The notes below the pieces were generated by a model. It did no database searches. It worked only from the letters and a program-made list of their open reading frames with translations, and was not told the DNA's origin. DNA of 64,000 nucleotides, taken from positions 64,046,001-64,110,000 of the forward strand of contig NC_083417.1 of assembly GCF_020745735.1 (NCBI RefSeq). The letters are read 5' to 3'. Of this stretch, positions 1 through 13,473 are shown piece after piece; within the stretch, counting starts at the first letter, position 1, and each line of letters starts with the position of its first letter. Source of the DNA: Hemiscyllium ocellatum (Eukaryota). Made by a program: the position numbers and the translations under genes.

Positions 1-629
1 AAACTCAAAACTCTATTTGGTAGAGGCTGCATACAGTTAGATTAGATGGTTTCTCCTCTCTTTGACATTTGTTTCATTCTTGCATACTATTTTGTTTCAT
101 ATTCATGCATTCTTTATATCCGATGAACACTGAAACATTTTGTATGTCCAAACCATGTTGGTGGACAACGCTGTTGTATTTTTATGGATCATCAGATGTT
201 TGTATTATTTTCTCAGCTTTGTGATGTGATTAATCTTTCACTTTACCTAATGTTATTTGCTACTTAATCAGACAATTACTTAATGTGATTCAGACTCTGA
301 AATCATATTGGAATTTGAAGTGTTTTCATGAAAATTGTAGCTGATTTTTACCTGTACAAAAGTAATGGTACATATTGAAAATAGCTTTTTAAAATGTACA
401 AGTCAAGTGGTTAAAAACCAATGCAGAAAAATCCCATTAATTTATTTGGAGAACATGGGCTTCCACTCTATAGGAAACCTGCTAATACTTCCATATTGCC
501 ACATTTTCTAAAGTTGTATCCATTTAAATGGGCATACAAACGTGAAGAAGAAAATGGAAAATGGTCCACTTCTTCATTTCACTGTAACCAAATCACAGAG
601 TACCAGGGCACAAATGTTTAACATTATGA

Positions 630-930
630 AATGGTGGGACAGAGTAGTTAGAACCAAAGTATTTCCCTCAGTAATAATACAACCTCAAATGAGACAGAAT
701 ATAAGTTTCGATAATAAATGCAAGTGGTTTAGAACAAAGTCAAGATAGATATCTTTTCAGAGAGAGTTGAGATGCTGTGGGGTTCTTTTCAGGGTAATTT
801 GTTAAAGCAACAAGCTATGGTGACATGCAGGGTTAGACTGGTGATTATGTGAATGAAACAAGAAAAAGAGGTGAGATGAAGTACAAGGATAGCATGGATA
901 GGTTGTCTCGCGTGGAAGGTGACTGTCAGT
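630..930 (+). mobile_element. Highly degraded CR1-like LINE 3' fragment
   Basis: Resembles the CR1 3' ends elsewhere in the window; heavily decayed. Confidence 0.35.
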
Positions 931-2089
931 AGTGAATGAGTAACCGTGGCCTTTACATTACAGATACTGTACTGTGCTTATATGCTAGCTTAATTACAAA
1001 TTGTTCACTTGCTTCACTGAATTCCGCATACAAAAAGTTTGATCTAATCCCGAGTTTATCATAGATGTGTTTAATCAGATTGTAACCATCTCTGTAGGCT
1101 ATAACCAGTAATGTTTTCTCTATTTGTACCGCTCCTTCATACATTTGATTGCAAATATTCTTCACTCTGATTCTACCTCAACATGTCACATTTGATTTCT
1201 AAATATCCATTCAGCAGTACCCTCATTCTTTATTCATCAAAAGCCTATTGACACCCCTAACTATTCAATTCACTAGGACACTGATCTTGATCTGGTTGAA
1301 GTACAGCCCTTCAAACTGATGAGCTCCCTTACTCCTCAGCACTGATTCCAGTCCCCCAGAATGGAAGCCTTTCGTTCCTCCGTCATTCTTTGAGGCTTAC
1401 ATTTAATTCTCTAACCTTTTTTTTTGATTCACTGTCTATTGGCACCTAGCTTCGTGCCTAGTAATTATTAGCTTTCATTTTCTGCATTTTAATTTGTAAG
1501 CCAAATATACAAACTATCACAGCAAAACACCAATTTCAGTTCTACAAATGCATTTGGTATCTCAGTTGCCCAACAGAATATTGGTGGAGCCTATTTAATT
1601 ACCCCTGAGCAAATTCCTTTTAAACTGTTTATCACACATATTTCAAAGGAAATCTAGAAGCTAAACAGCAAAAGCTTTATTTAGATAATATTTAATGCAA
1701 TCAATTGCAATATTCTCAGATTCTCAGTGGTCAATACATAAAGGGAGAAAATTGTAACATATTGCTTTGACATGTATGGATCATTTTTGTTTTATGTTCT
1801 TTACACTTCATTGAGCTCTCAAGAATGTCTATAGTTTTTGTTTCAAAAAAGGAGTTGACTTGCAACTTTAATGTTTTTTAAAGGAACCTAGATATGCTGC
1901 AAAACTTCAGATAAACCTGACATGAAACACAAAGATTAATTTCTACAGGGTGAAGTAGGAAGGTATACAGATATGATTCCTAGTCTATATGGTCTCTCAA
2001 TTAAATTTAATGATCAGGAGTTTATTTCATCAGAACCTCACACCTTCAAAAAGATTTCTTCAAAAAGAAGTAATGTTAACAGAAGTCAT

Positions 2090-3420
2090 AGAATCATAGA
2101 GATTTTACGGCATGGAAAAGGCTATCTTCTCATCATATCCACATGTGTTATCAAGCATGTATTGAAATCACATTCATCATCACTCAGTCCATAGCCTAGA
2201 ATGATATGGCATCTCACATTCTCATCTCAAACTTTCTTACACTACAAACAGCAAAACACTAGCACTGCCTATATATTGCACCGCTGGACACGTTGGCAGT
2301 CACAAAAACATCATTGAACCATCTCTTTCTGCTCCCTGCCACAAAGTCAAATTTGGATCTCATTTGCCTCGGATCACCTGACTGTTAGCTTCATAGTCAA
2401 TCTGCCATGTTAGATCTTGTCCAAAGCTGTACTTAAATTCATATCGTGCGCATCTATTGTGTTATCCCTACATACATACTTAGACTTCATTGCAAAAGCT
2501 TCAGTCAAATGCTTTAGACATGATCTCCCACTGACAAAGCTGTGACTATGTGTGTTTAATTAATGTTACTCTTTGTGGAAATTAATTCTGAACATTAGAA
2601 TCTTTTGTAATGGTTTCCCTAACATTGTGTTATACTCACTGGCCTGTAATCTATTCCTGGCACCCTTCTTGAATAATGAAACCGCATTAGCTGTTCTTCA
2701 GTTTTCTGGCACTCCTCCTGTGTGAGAGAACATTTGAAAGTTATTGCCAGAACCCTTGCCTGCCATACTAGCCTGGATGTGTCTCAAATGGCCCTGTGGA
2801 TTTCTCCACTTACAAGCCTGCTACAATTGTTACTACCTACTCTGTCTCAATGCTACTTTTTATTTGGTCTGTGATTTCTATACTCATGTTGTCTATTTCT
2901 TATCATGAATACAGATGCAAAGAAGACATTTTAAATCACAGCTATGTCCTTATTGCCACTGGCATTCTTAATGAGGCCTGCTCTTTCCCTGGATATTTCC
3001 ATGCAAACGATTTACTCACAAACATCTATAGATGTTCCACAATGTTACCTGCCAATGATTTTGTTTCATGTCACTCTCCTATCTCCGAAATTATTTAAGT
3101 AATCCCCTTCACTTCACACAGTCCTCTCAGGCATCTATTGCTTTACAGCCTCTGTATAGCTACAATTCCTTCTGTCATCCTTGTCCTTATTCTGACATCC
3201 CACAGCATCCAGGGTTCTCTGAAATGGTTCATCCCACCCTTCACTTTTCCAAGAACATGTTTGACATGTTCTCTCACTAGTGTTGTTTTAAATGACCTCT
3301 ACTACTCTGACGTGGATTTTCCTGCAAGTAATTGATCCCAGCCAACTTTGGCCAGATCATGTATTGTCATGTTGAAATTGGCATCCCTCTAATTCAGCGC
3401 CTTCACTTTAAAGTCTATCG
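2090..3420 (-). mobile_element. Degraded CR1 LINE (ORF2 remnant plus catagaa tail)
   Basis: catagaatcatagag tail-type repeat followed by sequence similar to the CR1 copy at 6370-10090. Confidence 0.55.
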
Positions 3421-3624
3421 TTGTACTTATCTATAATTACGTTTAATCCGACTGAATTATGGCCGCCATCACCGAAACGCGCCTCAGATGACACGTGCTA
3501 CTTCTCCGGCTTCTTTCTCTGAAGTTTGCTCCAGCATCGCTCGACCCTACCTCCTGGCATTCCAAACTTCCTTCATTAGGCTTTTGAATGTTGCCTTCAA
3601 TGCACTCTCGAATATATTTTAGGA

Positions 3625-3827
3625 TATGGAGGTGCTGTTGTTGGCTCGGGTTGGACAAAGTCCGATGTCACGCGACATCAGGGTATAGTCCAACAGGTTT
3701 ATTTGAAATCATAAGCTTTTGGAGCCCTCCTCCTTCCTCAGGTGAAGTGACGAAGGATGAGCACGCCGAAAGCTTGTAATTTCAAATAACTTCAAATTTC
3801 TTGGCCTATAACCTGGTGTCATGTGAC
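3625..3827. mobile_element. Penelope-like element terminal fragment, inverted pair
   Basis: Arms 3667-3750 and 3755-3827 are reverse-complementary; same family as 4326-4395 and 29716-29888. Confidence 0.6.
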
Positions 3828-4325
3828 ATCCGAATATATTTTAAGAATTGCCCACCTAAGCTTTTCACACGTCGTTTATCCTCCAGACGGGAAGCAAAGG
3901 GGTGCAAAAACAAATAAGAAATTGGAAAGTGAAGCAAAAGCAGAGTCAGGGACAAATAGCAACATGAAATATAGCAAAAGCAAATTTGCCAATCATCATA
4001 ATTTGTGACTCGTGCAAAGTCCCGTGAGTTTGATGAATTCTTATTTTATAGTCTTTTTCCGCTTTGCTAAGACGACAAAACTGACAGTTTATTGAAATCA
4101 ATGAGTAGTGTTACAAAAGTAACGATAATAATTACACTTTGGGCAGAAGTAATGTTCCTAACTCTGAGCCAAGAGGCCCGTGTTCAAGTGTACCTGCTCC
4201 GGAGATTTGAAATAATATCACTGAACTGATTAGAAAATATCAAGTGCGTCTTTCTCTTTCTCCACTAGATGGCATTGCATTCTCGTCAAGATTGGAAGTG
4301 GTCTATGACTTCTCAATTACATCAA

Positions 4326-4361
4326 CCACCTGGTGAAGGAGCAGCGCTCCGAAAGCTAGTG
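4326..4361 (+). ncRNA. Degenerate minimal hammerhead ribozyme motif in a Penelope-like fragment
   Basis: cac-CTGGTGA-A-GGAGC-agc-GCTCC-GAAA-GCTA-gtg: helix II, palindromic AGCT helix III and 3-bp helix I, with one core change (A6 to G). Confidence 0.55.
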
Positions 4362-5409
4362 ATTCCAATTCAACCTGGTGTCGTGTGATTTTTTTTACCA
4401 ATTACATCAATGCAACAAAAATATTCTTTTTCTTCCTAGCAGGAATGGACCCGGATTGGGAAACATGCTGCCACGCTTAATGAGTCTACTTTTGTCAGCT
4501 GTGTTGAACTCGCCGTGAAGTTGTTAACTAAGTATGAAGTGATGTATGACAATAAAAGACAATCTGATGTAGAAATAATTATTTATTTTTTCATGTTTCC
4601 ATTTGGAAAACTGCAAAATGTTTCAGCAATGAAATATAGCCACGTGATTCATACAAGCACACCAGATGTTGCTCTGGTATTGCCTTTGTCACATTTTCTC
4701 TGATCCATTTTGTAATTTGGTTTAAATGTAATGAGATGGTCACAAAGTTACGACAGAGACAAAAGCATTCAAACCGATATGATAAGCAAAGATATTCGAC
4801 GGAGCCATATTGGAAAGCCATGATTCCAATGTGAAATGACGATATATGTATTTCAGCTGAAATCATTTACACTCATTCAAATACAAACTGAATTCATTTC
4901 AGGAAACAACTTTTTGAGATACAGTACATGGGCAATTTGAGACATGGCGTGATAAGTGCCACATGATTGAGAGCAGTAGATTAGTTTCGACTGGGTCAGG
5001 AACTGATGCACTGAGGTAAAAAAAAACACTGTCATAACTAATCAACATTAGAATCACTGTATCATCCAACAACCGTTGGTTAGATAGATCTTACAATTTT
5101 TATCTTTTTTGTCCAATAGTTCCTACGTTTCCTAAGTAGATCAATTCATTTTTATGGCTGACATCTATTACAGTAAAATTGAGATCATCTGAATGGTGCT
5201 CATTCTAATATTGGAGTTTTGTTGTGTTCCATCGACATTGCAGGTATAAGCATTGCCTCCTGCTGTTACGGATTCTTTGATATTGACGTGGGTTCTCCGG
5301 CAATCATAATATTGTTGCTTATCCTGGCTGATGATTTCATATTGTGAAGAGATACAGGTAAGAGTCGCTGTTTTAACGAGATAGTTCGAATGAAACAGTT
5401 CAGAAAATG

Positions 5410-5565
5410 GAAACAAATGCAAAATACTGTGAATGCTGGAAATCTGACTTAATATAAGATTTGTTGAGAGAAACCATTAACGTTTCGAATCTACTACAAC
5501 TCTTCTTCAGATGTTGCCACAAATATATGGAGTTTCTCCAGAAATTTTCTGTTTTAAATTTGCAG
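5410..5565. mobile_element. Penelope-like terminal fragment with a minus-strand hammerhead core (5477-5510)
   Basis: Minus strand reads CTGAAGA-A-GAGT-tgtagtag-ATTC-GAAAC-GTT. Confidence 0.55.
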
Positions 5566-6369
5566 AAAAAGTTACTTTTTTCCTTTAAGTTTTAACGTTT
5601 TTATTTAGAAGATATAATTGTGCATGTCGCATTAAAATTTTGGAAATCAGCTGATTATTTTTGACCATTTGAGGATATCAGTCATGCGGAACTTAAGAGT
5701 TATTCTTTTGGATCCATATCAAGCTCAAGTGGGCAAAGGGTGTCTTAACTGAATGTCAGAATTCTGTTTCCTGTCTAGCTACAAATAGTTCGCTCAATGA
5801 CTTCACTTGTACAATTACGAAATTAGAAAGTTAAATATGAAGTCTGAGTGTCCTGTAGGTTGAGTTTATTCTAATTGTAGTTGAACAGCATGAAGCCAAA
5901 ACTCCTTAAGTTTTACCCAGCACCAGCATTGTTGTCAGGAATATGACTTCATGTATATACAGTATCAGGTACAAATCAAATACTATTTGTTTTTTTTTGT
6001 TGGTCTTCACCCAAACTCGTTTAATCTTTGGTAATATTTGACCTATGAAACTGTCCTATGCATTACCATAGAATACCATTCTTTGTTTCTCTAAGTTGTT
6101 ATTAAGTTAAAAAAAAACTATGGTTTGAAAGAACAATATTGGGAAGTAGCCAAGTCTTTTTTTTACTTAGGTGGTTGCATTTCCAGTTATTTATCTGGAA
6201 AGACTTAATTATTTATTGATGTAAGTGTTTTTTTTAAATCAAACGTCTGGAAGTATAGAACATAGAACAAAACAGGATATAGGATAGCCACGACTGGGGC
6301 TTAAATATCCAGGGGAATCAGAGTACTTGGAAGGATAGAGAGGAAGATAAGGGAGGTGGTGTAGCTCTG

Positions 6370-9300
6370 ATAGAACATAGAACAATATAGCGCAGAACAG
6401 GCCCTTCAGCCCTTGAGGTTGCGCCGACTAGTGAACTTACCTAAGCCATTCCCCTACACTATTCCATCATCATCTATGTGCTTATCCATGGATTGTTTAA
6501 ATCTCCCTAATGTGGCTGAGTTAAGTACATTGGGAGGCATAACTTTCCACGTCCTTACCAATCCCTGAGTAAAGGACCTGCCTCTGACATCTGTCTTAAA
6601 TCTATCGCCTCTCAATTTATAGCTATGCCTTCTCATACAAGCTGACGTCATTATCCTACGAAAGAGACCTCCACTGTCTGCCGGATCTTATCCTCTGGTC
6701 ATCTTGTATGTCTTTATCAAATCCCCTCTTAGCCTTCTTCATTCCAATGAGAACAGACCGAAGTCTCTCAGCCTTTCCTCATAAGACCGTCCCTCCAGAC
6801 CAGGGAATATCCTGGTAAGTATTCTCTGCACCTTTTCCAATGTTTCCACATCCTTCCGGTAATGGGGTGTCCAGAACTGTACATAATATTCCAAGTGTGG
6901 CATTTTGTATAGTGGCAGCATGACTTTACATATGCAGAACTCAATCCCTCTACCAATAAAACCTAACACACCATATGCCTTCTTAACAACACTCTCAACC
7001 TGGGTGTTTCAGTGATCTATGTACATGGATTCCAAGATCACTCAGCAAATCCACACTACCAAGAATGTTTCTATTGACCCAGTACTCTGCCTTCCTGTCA
7101 TTTTTCCCAGAGCGAATTACCTCACATTTAGCTGCATTGAACTCCATTTGCCAGCTCTCAGTCCAATTTTGCAGTTTATCCAAGGCCCTTGCAACCTGCA
7201 ACAATCTTCCACCGACTTTAGTGTCATCTGCAAACTTATGAACCCATTCACCTATGCCTGCGTCTAAGTCATTTGTAAAAATGACAAACAACAGTGATCC
7301 CAAAGCAGATCCTTGTGGCGCACCACTAGTAACCGGACTCCAGAATAAATTTTTTCCATCAACCATCACTCACTACCTTTGTACAAAAAGCAAGTTTCTA
7401 ATCCAAGCAGCTAAATCACCCTGAATCCCATGCCTCTGCATTTTCTCCAACAGCCTATCATATGGAATTTTATCAAAGGCCTCACTGAAGTCTATGTGCA
7501 CCACGTTAACTGCTGTACCCTCATTCACATATTTGGTTACCTTCTCAAAAAACTCAAAGTGGTTTGTGTGACATGACCTGCCATTGACGAAACCATGTTG
7601 ACTATCTGCAATCAAATTTTGCTTGCTCAATGATTATAAATCCCATCTCTTATAATCCTTTCTTACAACAGATGTAAGGCTCACTGGTCTATAATTACCT
7701 GGGTCATTTCCACTGACCTTCTTAAACAAGGACACAACATTTTTAATCCTCCAGTCCTCTGGTACTAAACCTGTAGACAATGATGACTCAAAGATCAAAG
7801 CCAAAGGTTCCAACATCTCCCTATCTTCCCAGAGACTACTTGGATAAATCCCATCTGGCCCAGGGGACTTGTCTACTTTCACTCCTTCCAGAATTAATAA
7901 CACCTCCTGACTAATCTTGATCCTTTCTAGTCTAATATGTCATGTCTCATTCGTCTCCTCTACCATATTCTCATATTCCTGAGTGAAAACCAATGAGAAA
8001 TATTCGTTTAGCACCTCTCTGATCTCCACAGGATCCAACACAACTTCCCCCTTCTGTCTTTGACTGGCCCTTTTCCTACCCTCGTCATCCCTTTATTCCT
8101 CACAAAACAATAGAACGCCTTTTGGTTCTCCTTTATTCTACCTGCTAAAGGCAGCTCATATCCTCTCTCTGGTCTTCTTAACTCTCTCTTTAAATCCATC
8201 CTCGCTAATCTGTAGTTCTCCATCGCCTCATCTGAACCATCTCATCTCATTGTCACATAAGCCTCCTTCTTCCCCTTAACAAGAGATGTAATTTCTGTAG
8301 TAAATCACGTTTCCCTTAATTTATCACTTCCTCTCTGTTTGACAGGGACATACCAATGAAGGACATGCAATATCTATTCCTTAAACCAGCTCCACATTTC
8401 GATTGTCCCCATCTCCTGCATTTTGCTACCCCATTCTATGCATCCTACATCTTGCCTAATCGCATTAAAATTGCCCTTCCCCCACTGATAACTCTTGCCC
8501 TGTGACAAGTACCTATCCCTTTCCATTGCTAAACCAAACGTAACCGAATTATGTTCACTTTCTCCAAAGTGCTCACCTACAACTAAATCAATGCATGACC
8601 TAGTTCATTACCAAGCATGAGATCCAGTGTGGCCTCCCTCTTGTTGGCCCTTTGACAAACTGTCAGGAAACCTCCTGCTCACGTTGGACAAAAACTGATA
8701 TATCCGATGTACTAGAGTTATAGCATTTCCAGTCAATTTGGGGAAGTTAAAGACCCCATAATGACAACCCTGTTCCTTTCATTCCAACCCAGAATCGTTT
8801 TGCTGATCCTCTGCTCCACATCCCTGGAACTCTGTGGAGGCCTATAACAAAACTCCCAGCAGTGTGACCTCTCCTCTCCTGTTTCTAACCTCAGACCATA
8901 TTACCTCAGTAGACGAGTCCTCATCAAACGTTATTTCAGCAAACGTTATTCTGTTCTTGACCAACAAGGCCACAGCTCCCCCTTTAATCCAGTCTTCTCT
9001 GTTCTGAATGAAAGATCTAAACCCTGGAACCTGCAACATGCATTTCTTACCCTGCTCTATCCATGTCTCCAAAATGGCCACAATATCGAAGTATCAGGTA
9101 CCTATCCATGCTGCAAGCTCACCTACCTTATTTTGGAAACCTCTGGCGTTGAAGTAGAAACACTTCAAACCAGCTTGCTATCTGCCAGCACATTCCTGTC
9201 GCTGCGAAATCCTGCCCATGTCGTCCCTACTCTCATGCTCCTGTGCACTGAAATTACACCTCAGTTTCCCAACCCCTTGCTGAGCTAGTTTAAACCAACC

Positions 9301-10090
9301 CAAATAGCAGCAACACATTTCCAACCAAGGATATTAGTATCCCTCTGGTTCAAGTGAAGACTGTCCTGTTTAGAGTTCTACCTTCACCAGAATATCAATG
9401 TATCAATTATCACTGTACCTGAAACCCCACCTCTTGCACTACCCCTGCAGCCACGTGTTCAGGAGATATCTCTCCCTGTTCCCTACATGGTTATCACGTG
9501 GCCCGGGTAACAAACCAAAGATAATAACTCTGTTTGTTCTAGCTCTTAGCTTCCACCCTAACTCCCCGAAATCGTGCATTACATTCCTATCTCTCTTTCT
9601 ACCTATGTCGTTGGTGCCTACATGGACTACGACTCGGGGCTGGTGACCCTCTCCCTTCAGGACCTCAAAGACAAACCTGAGACATTACAGGCCCTGGCAC
9701 CTGGGGGGGCATCACACCAACCGTGAGTCTCATTCGTTCCCAAAAAACTTTCTATCTGACTTTCTAACAATTGAGTGCCCAATAACTAGCACTCTCCTCC
9801 TTTCCCTCATTCCCTTCTGTGCAACAGGGAGAGATTCTAACCCTGTCTGCACCCACTGCATGCCCCTGGTAAGTCATCTGCTCCAACAGTATCCAAAATG
9901 GCATGCTTATCTTTCAGGGGAATGACCACAGTGGATCCCTCCACTGACTATTTTTTTCCCTTTGAAATGATTACCCAGCTTTCTTCATGACTAGGAGTAA
10001 CTGATTCCCTGTACCTCTTATCCATCACAGCTTCTGCCTCCCGAATAATCTGAAGTTCATCCAGCTCCCGCTCCAGTTCCCTGATGCAGT
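6370..10090 (-). mobile_element. CR1 LINE, near full-length ORF2 (APE endonuclease plus RT) and part of ORF1, multiply disrupted
   Basis: Minus-strand ORF pieces AILETW...GGAVALLV (endonuclease), KSPGPDGIYP, YRPVSLTS, QHGFVNGRSC, GAPQGSALG, FADDTK and FNAAKC; (atagaac)n 3' tail at 6370. Confidence 0.92.
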
Positions 10091-11204
10091 CATGTTTCTT
10101 TATCATTCTCAGATATGGCTCATATGATCAGAAATAATTAGAAACAGGTCAGTGATGCATCAAAATTTATGCAACAGTTTGCTGATTTTAGATGGGGCCA
10201 AAATTTATATTTGTCGACGTTTAAAGTACTTGAAAAAATGAAGGGCTTAGCCTTTTTCACAAAGTATTATATTAGAACTACAAAGACACTAGTTAATGCA
10301 AATAGTACCATGTAATGCTGACATGAAATCCCTTACTTAGTGATTTGCTGGCACACATGGTGCTGGCAATTAGGTGTTAAGCACACAAATTAGGTCAGAT
10401 ACTTACAAGATGCAGCTACAATCATATAAAATACGCCAAATGTAAATAAACTTTATCTGAAACTTGTTCTGTTTGAAACTAACAGAATCTCTGAGGAGTA
10501 AGATTAATTAACTGGGTACAACAAATTCAGTAGAATTGAGAATACATGTGACCCAGATCAATTGGAATCAGAGGTTGGCAGGCTGAACTGTAATTGAACA
10601 CTGAGATGTCTTTGAAGAGAAACAAATTCAAGCATATTCATGGTACATTATGAGACAATGGGAAAGTAGGAAAAGCAATTCCAGAGCTCCTTGAGTGACA
10701 AAATATGTAGAGATCAAATGAAGAAAATTCGTATTTATGAAAGAAGTGGTGTGGATGAATTACCTGAGATCCCCCAGACAGAGCATAGAAAGCCTACAGG
10801 AGAATTGGAAATAAAAATCAAATATCAGATGTAAAAGAATGGGTGTGAGAAGAAAATGGTAGTTAACATAAATGAGACAGTGAAATACTGCTAAAAAGAG
10901 GAGTGAGGCTGATTAAGGGAGAAAAAGTGAATTTATACATGGAGAAAGTGGGCATGCCTGAGTAATTGCATGGATACTTTCTTTCCTCCTGTACCAAGGA
11001 AGTAAGGCACTGTGCAGTCCATTGCGAGAAAGCAAGTGTTTTCGACTTGTGAATGGTTTAACATCGAAAAGAAGAAGATATTGGATAGGATGCCAATACC
11101 TGCTGTTTATAGGCACCAGTAATGGAAGCGATGCATCCAATGATACTAAAAAAAAAGTGTGTAGGTGTGGGGCGTTGTGTGGTGTCTTGTGCAGAGCTTC
11201 AAGA

Positions 11205-11370
11205 TAATGAGGACTCCAGATGCTGTCGAGTCGAAGTTAATAAAGTGTAGCACTGAAAATAACAAAACAGGTTAGACAGCAGAACTCTGAGAGGTCTAAA
11301 AGTCGATTCTCTTGCTCCTTGCATGGTGTCTGACCTACTGTACTTTTTCCCAGTGCCACTATTCTGATAG
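11205..11370. mobile_element. Degraded Penelope-like terminal fragment
   Basis: Similar to the 53185-53309 family (cagatgctg... and ...gtctgacctactg). Confidence 0.4.
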
Positions 11371-12502
11371 ACAGTCCATACAAAAAATTTTATGTCACCC
11401 TTCTGGTCATCTGCAAAAAGTTATAGCAATTATTGCTATGGCAGAGTGTGGGATCCGGGTTGATTGACAGGCAGAGATGTGGAGCTGGAGCTAAGGACAA
11501 AAACAGATCAACCATGCTCTTTTTGAATGATAGAGCATTTTGGAGTAGAGAAACGAGATAACCTTGCTCCAAAATCCTATATCCTTATGCTTCATGATAG
11601 TGTTCATTGCTCTGCTTAACCTGACATCAATCTGGCTCAGTAAAGAGGATTTGAACTGGTACTGGATGATTATTTTGAGTTGTGTAATCAGAAGAATGCA
11701 TAGAAGCAGGGATGAGTGGTCCACAAAATTATGACTCCCACAAATAGAACATCCATATTTATCATCAATCAATCAATCAATAATATCACCATGCCATTAC
11801 GTGGTCTCGATCTTCATGCTGCTACACCTGATCAGCACGTTGAGGGAGTAAATATCACTCAAGGCATTCATGATGGCAAAAAGTTCATGTTGAGGTGAAC
11901 AAATAAAAAACATGCAATGCCTCAGTTGAAATAGAGGCAAACTGTGAGAGACATATTGTCCACTGGCTGTGTTTAGCTCTTCACTTCTGGTTGCTCCTAA
12001 GTTGCACTTCATTGAAACTGGAGTGATGTGGATACAGGTCACTGGCCTTGCTCTCGATCATTATGTTCCCATAGTGGATTAACCTTGTTACACAGCACGT
12101 GAGGAAAAAGGCATAGGCTGTATCATCTGCATCTGTATATGAGACTGTCTTGATAATAATTGCAGTAATCATTGAGTGTTTGGCATTAAGAAGGTTGAGG
12201 GTTGCCACCAAACCTGGATATGCCACGCGCAGAGCCCCAGTGCCTTCAGACATTGAATCTTGGTTGCTTCATGGCTACTGTGCACCCAGTTGAAATGGAA
12301 TAAACTGCTACCTTGCAGCAGGTTATTTGTCTTTGAGCAATTATGCCAAATTAGCATTCAATGCTGCTCAAGGTTCGTGTCATGTGATGACCTGTAATGT
12401 GGACATTCTGCATGTAAACAGTGAGCTGCTACACGTACAAGGTCACTACTGCAGCAATACAGGAGGTTATACATTCATGAGCTGAAGACATGGTGACAAT
12501 CC

Positions 12503-13473
12503 TGTTATGGTTAGGTACATCAATTGCGACTTCATTGGAGTGAATTACCTTCAGAAAATTCAAAATATATTGACATACTTTATGGTCTTTCTCCGTAAGC
12601 ACCTAATCACTGATGGCTGCTGCAGCTCAGCTTCTGTGGGGAGCTAAATGTTTGAAGCAGAGGTGAAGAGCGATATGTTCCAAGCCAATAAAGTAAACAA
12701 CTTGTGAGTTCTTGTTTTTTTAAGTTGAAATAATAGAAGCAGCATGAAGGTGTGGGGTCAAGCTCAAATAGAACGAGGATTTTACTTGCAATTTCAGTAG
12801 CTGTTAGCATTTAGAACCTCCCAACATCTTTTCCTGCTAAAGTAAAACACTTGAGTTCTTCTGTCTTTCAGGGGTTTCTCTTGTTCTTTCCTCCTGGACT
12901 TCAGAATTGCATGTGATACAATCTGTTTTACTGAATTTTCCTGTACCAAGGGAGTATTTATGAGATTAGATTAGATTAGATTAGATTAGATTAGACTTAC
13001 AGTGTGGAAACAGGCCCTTCGGCCCAACAAGTCCACACCGACCCGCCGAAGCGCAACCCACCCATACCCCTACATTTACCCCTTACCTAACACTACGGGC
13101 AATTTAGCTTGGCCGATTCACCTGACCCGCACATCTTTGTGACTGTGGGAGGAAACCGGAGCACCCGGAGGAAACCCACGCAGACACGGGGAGAATGTTA
13201 CTTTATTGGAAGCATTGCTGTTTGGTAATTAAATAATCTATTATTCTGCGGAGTTTTTAAATTAGCATTCAGTTATTGTAATTCTTCTTTATTTTGTTTT
13301 TTGTTTTAACCAGAACAGAAGAATAAAATATGTTTTGCTTCCAGTTGGGTTTTTTGACCAATCAAATTGCATCCAATGCACAACATCTTATATTTGCTTT
13401 TAAAAATAAGAAAAAATGGGATCTAAACTATCTTCTTAATACTTTTTGAGAGTATTTCGGCTGACACCTAACA
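12503..13473 (+). mobile_element. 5' LTR of a Ty3/gypsy element
   Basis: Begins TGTTA, ends TAACA, and is followed by a degenerate PBS-like aattggggagttttgtacgggat and then gag. Its 3' part aligns with 18290-18562. Confidence 0.65.
12966..13198 (-). mobile_element. tRNA-derived shark SINE, 5'-truncated, inserted in the LTR
   Basis: (TTAGA)x6 tail plus a body that is the reverse complement of the SINE at 51811-52091. Confidence 0.9.

Noticed and set aside
1949-2069. Possible exon GEVGRYTDMIPSLYGLSIKF...
   Set aside because: Plausible acceptor, but no recognisable domain and no phase-compatible neighbouring exons.
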